A DNA stretch of 64,000 nt from Patescibacteria group bacterium (GTDB taxonomy: Bacteria; Bacteroidota; Ignavibacteria; Kapaibacteriales; Kapaibacteriaceae): NCBI GenBank assembly GCA_044376225.1, contig JBILLF010000004.1:1694-65693 (forward strand), read 5' to 3'. The position numbers and the translations under genes are program-made. Shown in pieces: positions 28,288-36,944 of this stretch (position 1 is the first letter of the stretch; every line of letters starts with the position of its first letter). The notes below the pieces were generated by a model that was not told the DNA's origin, did no database searches, and saw only the letters and a program-made list of their open reading frames with translations.

Positions 28288-30375
28288 ATGTCATTACGAC
28301 TACGACTTCTCTGCTGCACCGTTTTCCTTGCAGCCATGACAACACTCGGCTACGCCCAAGCTCCCACACCACGTGATTTCGGTCTATCTCTGAACGCTCG
28401 TGTAGCCGGTGGTTCGCAGCCGAAGATCACCTTGCGATGGAACAAGGACGACAATCAGCAGGCTGTGTACGTCTGGAAGAAGTTGAAGGACGTTGCCCGG
28501 TTTGACGCTGACATCTATGACTCGGTCATTGGCAAGGGGCTTGAATGGACCGACAACGAGGTCGAAGTCGGGAAATCGTACGAATACCGAGTCTTTCGTC
28601 TCGTGAACCGCACCGGTGCAACTCCGGCAACATTCTACGGCACGGGATACATCAATGCCGGGATCGAAGCGCCGCCGGCACCCCGCGAACGCGTGCTCGT
28701 GCTGGTAGATTCGACACTGCGACAGCCCCTTGCCTCGCAGCTTACGACCTTCGAGCAGGATCTCATCAACGAAGGGTGGGACGTCAAGGTCATATCGGTT
28801 CCCCGCGCCGAGACATTCGACTCGGGCAAGGTGAATAGGGTTCGCAGCATCATCAAGCAGGAATGGGCAGTCGCACAGAACATTGGCGGAATTGTTCTCG
28901 TGGGACGGGTCCCCGTTCCCTATTCGGGCGTCATCGCCCCTGACGGACACCCCGATCACCAGGGAGCATGGCCAGCCGATGGGATCTATGGAGATCCCAA
29001 CGGGTCATATACGGACCGAACTGCCAATAATCCGAACACATCACGACCATCGAACAACAACGTGGTCGGCGATGGCAAGTTCGACCAGAGTCTGTTCAGT
29101 ACCGACGTGGACATTCCCGTCGGTCGGGTGGACTTCTACAATTTGCCGCAGTTTGCAAAGAGTGAAACGGACCTTCTGAAAAACTACTTCAAGAAGAACC
29201 ACGACTATCGCACCGGTGCTTGGAATGTGACGATGGGTGCAGTGATTGATGACAACTTCGGCACCTACGGAGAGGTCTTCGCTGCCTCTGCATGGCGAAT
29301 GTTCAGTGTGTTCGGTCCCGACACAGCCGTTAAAGCTGGCGACTTCTTCAATGATCTCAAGGGTCCGAACACCATGCTGCTTGCCTACGGATGCGGCGGT
29401 GGAACCGATGTGTCGGCCGGCGGAGTGGGCACCACGACGGACCTCTCCACGAAGCCCGTGTATGCCGTCTTCACATTCCTCTTCGGGAGTTACTTCGGCG
29501 ATTGGGACACGAAGAACAATCTGCTCAGATCAGCTCTCGCCACAGACCCGCGCGTGCTCACCTGCTCATGGTCGGGCCGGCCCCATTGGTACATCCACCA
29601 CATGGCACTCGGCGAAACCATTGGTTACAGTGCGCGCATTGCCCAAAACAACTCACCGATCGTCTCAAGTCAGCTTGGCAACTACGTACCCAACGCATCG
29701 TTCACGGCAAATGGTGTCAACATTGCTTCAGCCGGCGACCGCCAGGTTCACATCGCTTTGATGGGAGATCCTACCCTGCGGGCCATTCCCAAGTCTGTGG
29801 CGGCGGTGGGCACGATAACTGCTGCAACGGAGTTCCCCAACAAAGTCAACCTTTCATGGACCAAGCCCTCTGGCAATGTTGATGCCTTTACGTTGTATCG
29901 CCGTAAGCAGGGAGTGGAACGGTGGACTCTCCTCACACCGCGTCCAATCACATCCACCGCCTACCGCGACTCACTCAAGAACGAGGGAACTCTCGAATAC
30001 ATGGTGCGAGCCTGTGCCCTGCGCTCAACTGCCAGTGGCACCTACTATGACATGGGCAAAGGGGCTACCTGCAACGTCCTTACGACTAACGTGACAGAGG
30101 ACATACCTGTTTACGGTTCAGTGATTGCTTCGGTTCACCCGAACCCTGCAAGCGATAACATGAGCGTCCAGTTCTCGATCACCCTCCCGGGACAGACCAC
30201 TGTGGATCTTTACGACATTACCGGCCGCAGCGTTGCCCGCTTTGATGCCGGAATGATCGCCGCTGGCTCCCACCGCACCGCGTTCGATGTCTCATCACTG
30301 CCCCCTGGCACCTATACCATGACGGTGAAAGGCCCCGCCGAAAGCACAAGCATTTCTGTGACGGTTGTGAGGTAG
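28288..30375 (+). CDS. Secreted FN3-containing protein with central alpha/beta domain of unknown function and T9SS C-terminal sorting domain
   Basis: The ATG at 28288 gives the signal peptide MSLRLRLLCCTVFLAAMTTLGYAQ; the track ORF starts further upstream at 28189. There are FN3-like segments (KITLRWNKDDN...YEYRVFRL; KVNLSWTKPSGNVDAFTLYRR). The central VLVLVDS...GGIVLVGRVPVPYSG...DGHPDHQGAWPAD...LLAYGCGGG could be a caspase/gingipain-like fold, but that is unverified. The CTD is HPNPASDNMSVQFSI...LPPGTYTMTVKG...VTVVR. Confidence 0.7.
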   Translation: MSLRLRLLCCTVFLAAMTTLGYAQAPTPRDFGLSLNARVAGGSQPKITLRWNKDDNQQAVYVWKKLKDVARFDADIYDSVIGKGLEWTDNEVEVGKSYEYRVFRLVNRTGATPATFYGTGYINAGIEAPPAPRERVLVLVDSTLRQPLASQLTTFEQDLINEGWDVKVISVPRAETFDSGKVNRVRSIIKQEWAVAQNIGGIVLVGRVPVPYSGVIAPDGHPDHQGAWPADGIYGDPNGSYTDRTANNPNTSRPSNNNVVGDGKFDQSLFSTDVDIPVGRVDFYNLPQFAKSETDLLKNYFKKNHDYRTGAWNVTMGAVIDDNFGTYGEVFAASAWRMFSVFGPDTAVKAGDFFNDLKGPNTMLLAYGCGGGTDVSAGGVGTTTDLSTKPVYAVFTFLFGSYFGDWDTKNNLLRSALATDPRVLTCSWSGRPHWYIHHMALGETIGYSARIAQNNSPIVSSQLGNYVPNASFTANGVNIASAGDRQVHIALMGDPTLRAIPKSVAAVGTITAATEFPNKVNLSWTKPSGNVDAFTLYRRKQGVERWTLLTPRPITSTAYRDSLKNEGTLEYMVRACALRSTASGTYYDMGKGATCNVLTTNVTEDIPVYGSVIASVHPNPASDNMSVQFSITLPGQTTVDLYDITGRSVARFDAGMIAAGSHRTAFDVSSLPPGTYTMTVKGPAESTSISVTVVR

Positions 30376-30390
30376 AAAGAGGGCGGCTGC

Positions 30391-31836
30391 TTAGCGCCGC
30401 CAGAAATAGTACACCGGCACGCCGCTGACTACGATCAGCAGGCCAGGCCAGCTGTAGTTAGGCTTGTAGATCAACAAGCAGATACAGATGGATGCAGCGA
30501 ACAAGATGTAAAGGGCCGGTAGAATTGGATAACCGACGGCTTTGATGGGACGCTGCAGCTCCGGTCGTTTGAAACGCAGGAAGAAGATGGCGAAGATCGT
30601 CAGGATATAGAAGATCAGGACGGCGAACACAACGTAATCCAGCAGGTCGGAATACGTGCCGCTCAGGCAGAGTGCAGATGCCCAAACGGCCTGCATCCAC
30701 AGAGAGGCTGCGGGAGCTCCGCTTGTGTTGAGCGTAGCAGCACGGCGAAAGAACATACCGTCGCTGGCCATCGCATAGTAGGCACGTGAGCCGCTTAGGA
30801 TGATACCGTTGTTACATCCGAAGGTAGAGATCATGATCAGAACGGCCATGATCACCCCACCTGAGGTGCCGAAGATCACCTCGGCTGCTGCGGCACCAAC
30901 GCGGTCGTTGCTGGCGAAGGCAATGCCTCGCTCAATAGCCGTTGCAGCGCTGGGCAGTCCCCCGATGGGCATCACAGCGATGTAGGCAAGGTTTGTCAGG
31001 AGATACAGCACCGTCACAGTCATGACGCCGAGGAGCAGGGCTCGAGGTATGGTGCGCTCGGGGCTTTTCACTTCGGCGGCGGCAAAGGTGATGTTGTTCC
31101 AGGCATCGCTGGAGAATATGGATCCAACCATTGAGACGGCTACCGCAGCAAGGAAGGGCATTCCAAGACGCGAGATGAATCCGTAGGACCTTTGTTGTGC
31201 GGCGGAAAGATCCGGCACGATGGGCGAAATGCCATCGGTCCACAACGACCCGAGGGCAGCCGGCAGAGTCCCGTTGGACATGCCATAGGCAATTCCAGCA
31301 GCAGCAAGAGCAACGACACTGACGATCTTGGTCGTTGTGAAGGTGTTCTGTATCAACTTCCCGAGGCCGACGCCACGGGCGTTCAGCGTTGTCAGACCAA
31401 CAATCGAAGCGATAGCAAACACTTGTGCCGCATTTACCGAAAAGCCCCCTACCGAAATGAGCACATTGGCCTCGCCGACCATTGGAACGAGGGCTGATGT
31501 GTATTTCGCAAAGGCCATACCGACCGCAGCAATGGTGCCGGTCTGTATCACGGTAAAGAGCGTCCAGCCGTAGAGGAATCCGGCCAAAGGACCAAATGCC
31601 TCGCGCAGGTACACGTACTGTCCACCTGCCTGTGGGAACAGGCCCGCCAGCTCCCCGTATGAAAGAGCTGCGATCAACGTCAACAGACCCGTCACGAGCC
31701 ATACGAAGAGCAGCATTCCCGGCGAACCTACGGTTCGTGCTATGTCTGCGCTCACAATGAAAACGCCGGATCCAATCATGGATCCGGCGACAATCATTGT
31801 TGAGTCGAAAAGTCCGAGTTCACGTTTAAAACCCAT
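30391..31836 (-). CDS. APC-superfamily amino acid permease (LAT/SteT-like)
   Basis: 481 aa with about 12 TM segments. The N-terminal LGLFDSTMIVAGSMIGSGVF motif is typical of APC transporters. Confidence 0.85.
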   Translation of the reverse strand: MGFKRELGLFDSTMIVAGSMIGSGVFIVSADIARTVGSPGMLLFVWLVTGLLTLIAALSYGELAGLFPQAGGQYVYLREAFGPLAGFLYGWTLFTVIQTGTIAAVGMAFAKYTSALVPMVGEANVLISVGGFSVNAAQVFAIASIVGLTTLNARGVGLGKLIQNTFTTTKIVSVVALAAAGIAYGMSNGTLPAALGSLWTDGISPIVPDLSAAQQRSYGFISRLGMPFLAAVAVSMVGSIFSSDAWNNITFAAAEVKSPERTIPRALLLGVMTVTVLYLLTNLAYIAVMPIGGLPSAATAIERGIAFASNDRVGAAAAEVIFGTSGGVIMAVLIMISTFGCNNGIILSGSRAYYAMASDGMFFRRAATLNTSGAPAASLWMQAVWASALCLSGTYSDLLDYVVFAVLIFYILTIFAIFFLRFKRPELQRPIKAVGYPILPALYILFAASICICLLIYKPNYSWPGLLIVVSGVPVYYFWRR

Positions 31837-31846
31837 AACGAAAGCC

Positions 31847-33400
31847 CTACTTGAGGAAGTGCGCCCAGGTTACATATGACAGGAAGAAGACTGACACTAT
31901 ACCCACGATGATTCGTGCTGTACCAAGTGGCGCCCATTTCTCTCCCTTATTCGCAACGGAGTGGTTGATTCCGTAAAAGAAGTAAATGAGCATACCAATG
32001 CAGAGCCACGCACCAAGTCGTTCCCAGGTTGGAATTGGGAGCGGAAGCATCTGCATAAGACAGATAACGATGCCAGCGATCGGGACAAAAGGAACCCACG
32101 GCGTGCGGAACGGACGCTCTACGTCTGGATGCGTTTTACGAAGGACCAGCACGGCCGTACAGACGAGAATGAACGCTAGGAGTGTTCCGATCGAAACAAG
32201 TTCTGAAAGAACGTTGATTGGGAACAGGCCAGCAATGATCATGGCAATGGTACCCGTTATCACGGTGGAAACGACGGGTGTCTTGAACTTCGGATGGAGC
32301 TTACTAAAAATGGGTGGAAGCAAACCATCACGAGACATCGAATAGAAAATCCGCGGTTGGCCCATGATCATCACAAGCACAACGGATCCCAAACCAGCGA
32401 TCGCTCCGATTTTAATCAGCGGGGAAAGCCATCCCAGAGCCAGTGAACCATCGGGAAGTTTGACGGCATCCACGGCTACGGCCATCGGATCGGGCACGTT
32501 CAACAACTTGTAGGGTACGAGCCCCGTCAGGACGAGTGACACGAGGATGTAGAGAATTGTGCAGACGACGAGAGATGCCAAAATTCCAATTGGCATATCA
32601 CGCTGAGGATTCTTGGCTTCTTGCGCTGCTGTGGAGACAGCATCAAAACCGATGTAGGCGAAGAAGATGACACCGGCAGCGCGGAAGATTCCACTCCAAC
32701 CATACTCTCCGAATGTTCCGGTGTTCTCAGGAATGAATGGCGTCCAATTAGCCACATTGATATACTGGGCACCGAAAATCACAAAGAGTAAAATGACGAT
32801 GATCTTGGTAATAACGATTACGTTATTAACAGTTGCTGATTCTTTGACTCCACGAATGAGCAATGCGGTCATGAGCGCGACCACTAGCATGGCGGGAAGG
32901 TTAACCAGGGCCTCGGCTCGATCGAAGCCCGTAGCCATATTGAATGTCAGCGGCGCCGACTGGATAATGCCGGGGATCTCAACACCAAGGTTCTTTTCCA
33001 TGAAGCTCACGATGTATCCACCACAGGCAACGGCAACTGTAGATGCCGAGAACAAGTACTCAATGATCAAGTCCCATCCGATGATCCAAGCAATAAGTTC
33101 GCCAACCGTTGCATAGGAGTACGTGTAGGCACTACCCGCAATGGGAAGCATGGAGGCAAACTCTGCATAACACAACCCTGCAAAAGCACAGGCAATTGCA
33201 GAGATGATGAATGAGATAATCAGAGCGGGTCCGGCGTACTGAGCCGCTGCTACTCCGGTGATCGAAAAGATCCCAGCACCAATAATGGCACCGATGCCTA
33301 TCGATGTTAGGTTTAGCGCACCTAGCGTCCGCTGCAGCCCGGATCCCTCTCCATGGGCTTCAGACTGTAAGTCTGTGATGCTCTTCTTGGTAAAAAGCAT
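31847..33400 (-). CDS. APC-superfamily amino acid permease (cationic amino acid transporter/YfnA-like)
   Basis: 517 aa with about 13-14 TM segments. [19 protein letters not shown] motif. The gene is visibly lower in GC than the adjacent permease. Confidence 0.85.
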   Translation of the reverse strand: MLFTKKSITDLQSEAHGEGSGLQRTLGALNLTSIGIGAIIGAGIFSITGVAAAQYAGPALIISFIISAIACAFAGLCYAEFASMLPIAGSAYTYSYATVGELIAWIIGWDLIIEYLFSASTVAVACGGYIVSFMEKNLGVEIPGIIQSAPLTFNMATGFDRAEALVNLPAMLVVALMTALLIRGVKESATVNNVIVITKIIVILLFVIFGAQYINVANWTPFIPENTGTFGEYGWSGIFRAAGVIFFAYIGFDAVSTAAQEAKNPQRDMPIGILASLVVCTILYILVSLVLTGLVPYKLLNVPDPMAVAVDAVKLPDGSLALGWLSPLIKIGAIAGLGSVVLVMIMGQPRIFYSMSRDGLLPPIFSKLHPKFKTPVVSTVITGTIAMIIAGLFPINVLSELVSIGTLLAFILVCTAVLVLRKTHPDVERPFRTPWVPFVPIAGIVICLMQMLPLPIPTWERLGAWLCIGMLIYFFYGINHSVANKGEKWAPLGTARIIVGIVSVFFLSYVTWAHFLK

Positions 33401-33556
33401 TGTCTCCTCGACGGTGAAAGTGGTTATGCTCTATTACGAACCGGTCAATATACATCCACACATGAACGATTCATGAACATGTTTCGTTATTTCGCAGCCA
33501 CAATTCGCATCATCGCAACGTTTTCGTTTTTTACACACCCTTCCAGGAGTCATCTC

Positions 33557-34027
33557 ATGGCATTGTCGGTTGGATCAGTAGCTCCCGACTTTTCACTCGT
33601 CGGCACAGACTTACAGCCTGTCACGTTGTCGTCATTTGCTGGTAAGAAGGTCGTTCTTGCCTTCTTCCCCGCCGCTTTCACCGGTGTCTGCCAGGCAGAG
33701 CTGTGCACCTTTCAGGGGGCACTCCAACGTTTGAACGGAGCAAACGCCTCGGTTCTCGGCATCTGTGCCGACATTCCATTTGCCAACAAGGCTTTTGCTG
33801 AGGCAAATGGATTGCAGTTCCCAGTTCTTTCAGACTTCAATCTCGCGGCAATCACGGCATACGATGTTGCACTTCATGATTTTGCCGGAATTCATGGCCT
33901 CACGCGTTCTGTACGCGCAACGTTCATCGTCGGCGAGGACGGAACGATCTCTTATGTGGAAGTAACTGAAAACCCAGGGGTTGAACCAAACTACGACGCC
34001 CTGTTCGCGGCACTCGGAGCCGCCTGA
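33557..34027 (+). CDS. Peroxiredoxin (AhpC/TSA family)
   Basis: The ATG at 33557 is preceded by AGGAG (33545-33549). [14 protein letters not shown]...[18 protein letters not shown] contains the peroxidatic Cys motif. The track start at 33473 adds an implausible leader. Confidence 0.88.
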   Translation: MALSVGSVAPDFSLVGTDLQPVTLSSFAGKKVVLAFFPAAFTGVCQAELCTFQGALQRLNGANASVLGICADIPFANKAFAEANGLQFPVLSDFNLAAITAYDVALHDFAGIHGLTRSVRATFIVGEDGTISYVEVTENPGVEPNYDALFAALGAA

Positions 34028-34063
34028 TCATCGTTTTCTTCAGATCTTCTACGAAAAACAGCA

Positions 34064-34091
34064 ACGGCCATCCTCTCGGATGGCCGTTTTT
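34064..34091. terminator. Rho-independent terminator, potentially bidirectional
   Basis: Perfect 10-bp stem ACGGCCATCC/GGATGGCCGT with a TCTC loop. It is followed by TTTTT on the + strand and preceded by AAAAA (a T-run on the - strand). It lies between the convergent peroxiredoxin and 122-aa genes. Confidence 0.8.
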
Positions 34092-34174
34092 GCTGAGCGC
34101 TGATTCCGCAAGGAGCAAGTCCTCTTTATGCTACATGCCTTCCCCCAAAGTCATGTTATGCGGAAACCGTTACG

Positions 34175-34543
34175 TTAATCGGGCTGCGCTGTCTTTCGTG
34201 GTCTACCGTATCGACGTTCAGATTTCTTCTTCAATCCCAGACTGGCGATCTCATCTGAGTCATCGCCATACTGGGCCAACACCTGGCGCTTGACCCCAAG
34301 TACAAGGTCGTGAAAGGCGTTTTCCACGCCAATCGCCTCGTCCCGAGCCTTTGCTGCTGCCGCCAGAGCCTCCTGTTCAGCCAGCTCGGCTGCCTCGAAC
34401 CTCGCAAGTGCTTCCTGCAACTTGACGATCGTGAACTCCTTGTTCGCAGGGTTATAGTCCTTGAGCTCGAGAACGGCCTTTGCCACCTCCCGATCTTGCG
34501 CAAGGGTCTTATGCGTTACCCTGATGGTTGTTCGACGTGCCAT
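34175..34543 (-). CDS. Hypothetical protein (122 aa, helical, Lys/Arg-rich tail)
   Basis: Clean ORF MARRTTIRVTHKTLAQDREVAKAV...EQEALAAAAKARDEA...KKKSERRYGRPRKTAQPD. A GGGGAA lies ~12 nt upstream of the ATG and a promoter-like motif lies upstream. I recognised no family. Confidence 0.6.
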   Translation of the reverse strand: MARRTTIRVTHKTLAQDREVAKAVLELKDYNPANKEFTIVKLQEALARFEAAELAEQEALAAAAKARDEAIGVENAFHDLVLGVKRQVLAQYGDDSDEIASLGLKKKSERRYGRPRKTAQPD

Positions 34544-34629
34544 TGATAGCAGATTCCCCGAAGCACCCGTGAATTAGGACTTATGCTGCATGCCTACCGA
34601 ATTCTGTCCAAGCCGTTTGTTCAATAGCA

Positions 34630-34660
34630 CAAATATAAGTGCGTTCTTTTTATTTGCAAG
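34630..34660 (-). promoter_or_regulatory. Bacteroidetes-type sigma-A promoter candidate (TTG-N19-TATATTTG) for the 122-aa gene
   Basis: The minus strand reads CTTG (34660..34657), then 19 nt, then TATATTTG (34637..34630). This matches the -33 TTTG / -7 TAnnTTTG consensus described for Bacteroides promoters. It implies a ~80-nt leader. Confidence 0.45.
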
Positions 34661-35012
34661 AGGTTTTTGAGTAGACAGACCAGAATCTTTTCACGACGTA
34701 ATTCAGTTTAACTATATCAATATCGACTTTCTCATTCAAATCGGGCTGTTTTAACCAAAAGAATAAGACGAAAGTGACTCACCTTTCGAGACAATCACAT
34801 TCTGAACTCATTAGTTAGTTGATGGTTATTGATCGAGATTGACTCAGATCTACTTATCATCGTGATTATGTCGTCCAAGCAGATGAATGATCAGCCTGGC
34901 TGCTGGGTGCCCAAATGGAATCACCCCTACACTATCCATCGCGTTTTTTCGACATACCACGAACAAACGTTGCACAATTCGCAACCTGATCAACCGTTGA
35001 GGGGAAAATCAC

Positions 35013-35444
35013 ATGACCATCCGTTCCATGCTCCTTGCAGCTGCAAGCCTACTGGCTATTCACGGTGTGAGCGCTGCACAAGTGACCACTGACAAGATTA
35101 TGATGCAGGGGGGACTAGGTGACGAGGCCATCGTTAAGGCACAGCTCAAGCTGGGAATGCTCCGCTCTACGACAGGGATGCTCGACAGCGTCGACATCCG
35201 AGCTTCGGAAGTTGATGCATTCCTTGACGTTCGGGGGATGCTCGTCAATGTTGTGTCCAAGGGCACCAGTGCAAAAAAGACTGACGACGACCCCATAGCT
35301 GTGGAGTTTCGAAGCCGCCAGCTGTTAGCGTTTTCTCAATTGTTACAGCGAACGAAGCCGAACGGCGCAGACTCTGTCACCGTTCAGTCCGTCCAGAAGA
35401 TTCTCGATGATGCATACCGCTCTGCTGTCTCGTCGAAAAAATGA
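35013..35444 (+). CDS. Small secreted protein, paralog 1 (unknown family)
   Basis: 143 aa. Signal peptide MTIRSMLLAAASLLAIHGVSAAQ, with GAGGGG upstream. It shares IR..EVDAFLDVR..L.N and DD..V.VE.R...+..++.L+QR blocks with the next gene. Confidence 0.7.
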   Translation: MTIRSMLLAAASLLAIHGVSAAQVTTDKIMMQGGLGDEAIVKAQLKLGMLRSTTGMLDSVDIRASEVDAFLDVRGMLVNVVSKGTSAKKTDDDPIAVEFRSRQLLAFSQLLQRTKPNGADSVTVQSVQKILDDAYRSAVSSKK

Positions 35445-35460
35445 GGACGGCATTTGCTGA

Positions 35461-35492
35461 CACCCCGAACAAGGGAGTGCGTTTTGATTTTT
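35461..35492 (+). terminator. Candidate rho-independent terminator after paralog 1
   Basis: Hairpin CACCCC-gaacaa-GGGaGTG (one bulge) followed by CGTTTTGATTTTT. Confidence 0.4.
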
Positions 35493-35518
35493 GACTTCGA
35501 CCACAAACCGTATTTTTG
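35490..35518 (+). promoter_or_regulatory. Bacteroidetes-type promoter candidate (TTTG-N17-TATTTTTG) for paralog 2
   Basis: TTTG at 35490-35493 and TATTTTTG at 35511-35518, with the ATG at 35545. Confidence 0.4.
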
Positions 35519-35544
35519 ACCACTTTTTTTTCACACACTGCCAC

Positions 35545-35970
35545 ATGAAAACAATGAAAGTCTTCGCACTTATCGCGGCCATTGCTGTTGCCCTCTTCGG
35601 CGGCGTAGAAGCATCGGCCCAAGGATCACTCACGCCAGCTGCACAAGCTCCAGTGATGATCAAGCCTAAACTCAAAGTCGCTCACATCAAGGGTGCAGCA
35701 TCCTTCATCAACGGCATAGAGATCCGTGGTGGCGAAGTTGATGCGTTTCTTGATGTCCGAAAGGTGTTGACAAATGCCATCGACGATGCAACCAAGGCAA
35801 AGAAGGACAACGATGATGTCGTCACGGTTGAAATGCGTGCCGACCAGATCTCCAACCTCGCTACACTGATGCAGCGCGGTACACTCAAGGGCTCGGAGGC
35901 TGAGACGTTCAAGGATATCATGACGGCACTCACCGACGCGGCAAAAGCAGCTCAAGCAAACAGCAAGTAA
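35545..35970 (+). CDS. Small secreted protein, paralog 2 (unknown family)
   Basis: The ATG at 35545 gives MKTMKVFALIAAIAVALFGGVEASAQ; the track ORF starts further upstream at 35491. It is collinear with paralog 1 (GIEIRGGEVDAFLDVRKVLTNAIDDATKAKKDNDDVVTVEMRADQISNLATLMQRG). Confidence 0.7.
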   Translation: MKTMKVFALIAAIAVALFGGVEASAQGSLTPAAQAPVMIKPKLKVAHIKGAASFINGIEIRGGEVDAFLDVRKVLTNAIDDATKAKKDNDDVVTVEMRADQISNLATLMQRGTLKGSEAETFKDIMTALTDAAKAAQANSK

Positions 35971-35997
35971 CGCTGACTCTCACGATCGATTCTGTTC

Positions 35998-36035
35998 AAG
36001 CCCCTTGGTCAAGCAGCAAGGGGCTTTTCTTTTTA
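35998..36035 (+). terminator. Rho-independent terminator
   Basis: 10-bp stem AAGCCCCTTG/CAAGGGGCTT with a 9-nt loop, followed by TTTTCTTTTT. Confidence 0.85.
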
Positions 36036-36041
36036 TATGGC

Positions 36042-36365
36042 ATGACCATCATTGATCTATGCGACTACGCAATGTCGCTCGACGGAGTTGATGAGACCTT
36101 CCCGTTCGGACCAGATGTGATCGTGTACAAGGTGTGCGGGAAGGTGTTCCTGCTTGTCCCCCTGAACAGCGTCGATCTGCGATTCAACGTCAAGTGCGAT
36201 CCAACGCGCGCCGTGGAACTCCGAGAGCGCCATGCATGCGTTCTGCCCGGCTACCACATGAGCAAAAAGCACTGGAATACCGTAGTGGTCGATGGATCTG
36301 TCAGCACAACCGAGCTCAAGGGCTGGATCGATCATTCATATGGGTTGGTGAAGAAGAAGGCTTGA
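36042..36365 (+). CDS. MmcQ/YjbR family DNA-binding protein
   Basis: 107 aa. LCDYAMSLDGVDETFPFGPDVIVYKVCGKVFLLV...HWNTV is typical of YjbR-like proteins. Confidence 0.75.
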   Translation: MTIIDLCDYAMSLDGVDETFPFGPDVIVYKVCGKVFLLVPLNSVDLRFNVKCDPTRAVELRERHACVLPGYHMSKKHWNTVVVDGSVSTTELKGWIDHSYGLVKKKA

Positions 36366-36922
36366 GGCTCCAGTCGAGCGACAGAACAACCACATGTTCA
36401 CGCGGACCGGGGCCGACAAGCCCCCTAACGGAGTGTCCAAGGGCGATATTGAGATAGTCCGGATACCATGCCTGCGCCTCCGGCGGGGGCATCTCATAGA
36501 CGTCGAAACTCAGCCAATGAGTCGTACTCTCATAGTCGTCGATGATGGCGTTGTACATCCCGCTGCGAAACGGCTCTGATGGAGAGAACGAGACCTGAAA
36601 GGTAACGTTTCGCAGCCCCGGCATGTAATGCTGCGCCACCGGTAAAGACGTGGAAGTCCGTCGGCGTCCCCTTCCACCAGAGATTGTTCAGCCAACCGTG
36701 TCCTACGGCAAAGGCTCCCACTCCTACCGTCGTGATCGTTCCAAGGCGCTAGGCGTCAATGCCCGGAGTGGATGGTGTGGCGCTCTTGGTAGCGATGCCT
36801 GCAACACTATCCGCCATAGGTGGAAACTTGCTTGAAACCGGGTGCAAAAAAGAAACGGCCGGCAAGGGGACTTGCCAGCCGAGAAATGCTGCGAGGATGA
36901 GTACGCGCAGAGGCACGACCAT
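36316..36922 (-). pseudogene. Probable disrupted lipoprotein gene (DUF2279-like remnant) downstream of gcvH
   Basis: My translation from ATG 36922 gives the signal-peptide-like MVVPLRVLILAAFLGW..., then an in-frame TAG at 36751..36749. The same frame continues with GVGAFAVGHGWLNNLWWKGTPTDFHVF. The protein-like sequence then moves to another frame near 36640 (AQHYMPGLRNVTFQVSF...YESTTHWLSFDV...YPDYLNIALGHS). The 3' end overlaps yjbR by 50 bp. The family assignment is from memory only. Confidence 0.4.
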
Positions 36923-36944
36923 GTCAGGACCGCCCCCGAGAGGG

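Noticed and set aside
30370-30395. Hairpin GGCGGC-tgcttagc-GCCGCC as a bidirectional terminator between the convergent genes at 30375/30391
   Set aside because: The stem is only 6 bp with an 8-nt loop. Half of it lies inside the permease coding sequence, and it has no flanking T or A runs.
34829-35092. An 87-aa ORF inside the AT-rich spacer
   Set aside because: It starts with a non-ATG codon, overlaps the signal-peptide region of the 35013 gene in another frame, and has His/Pro/Cys-rich nonsense composition.
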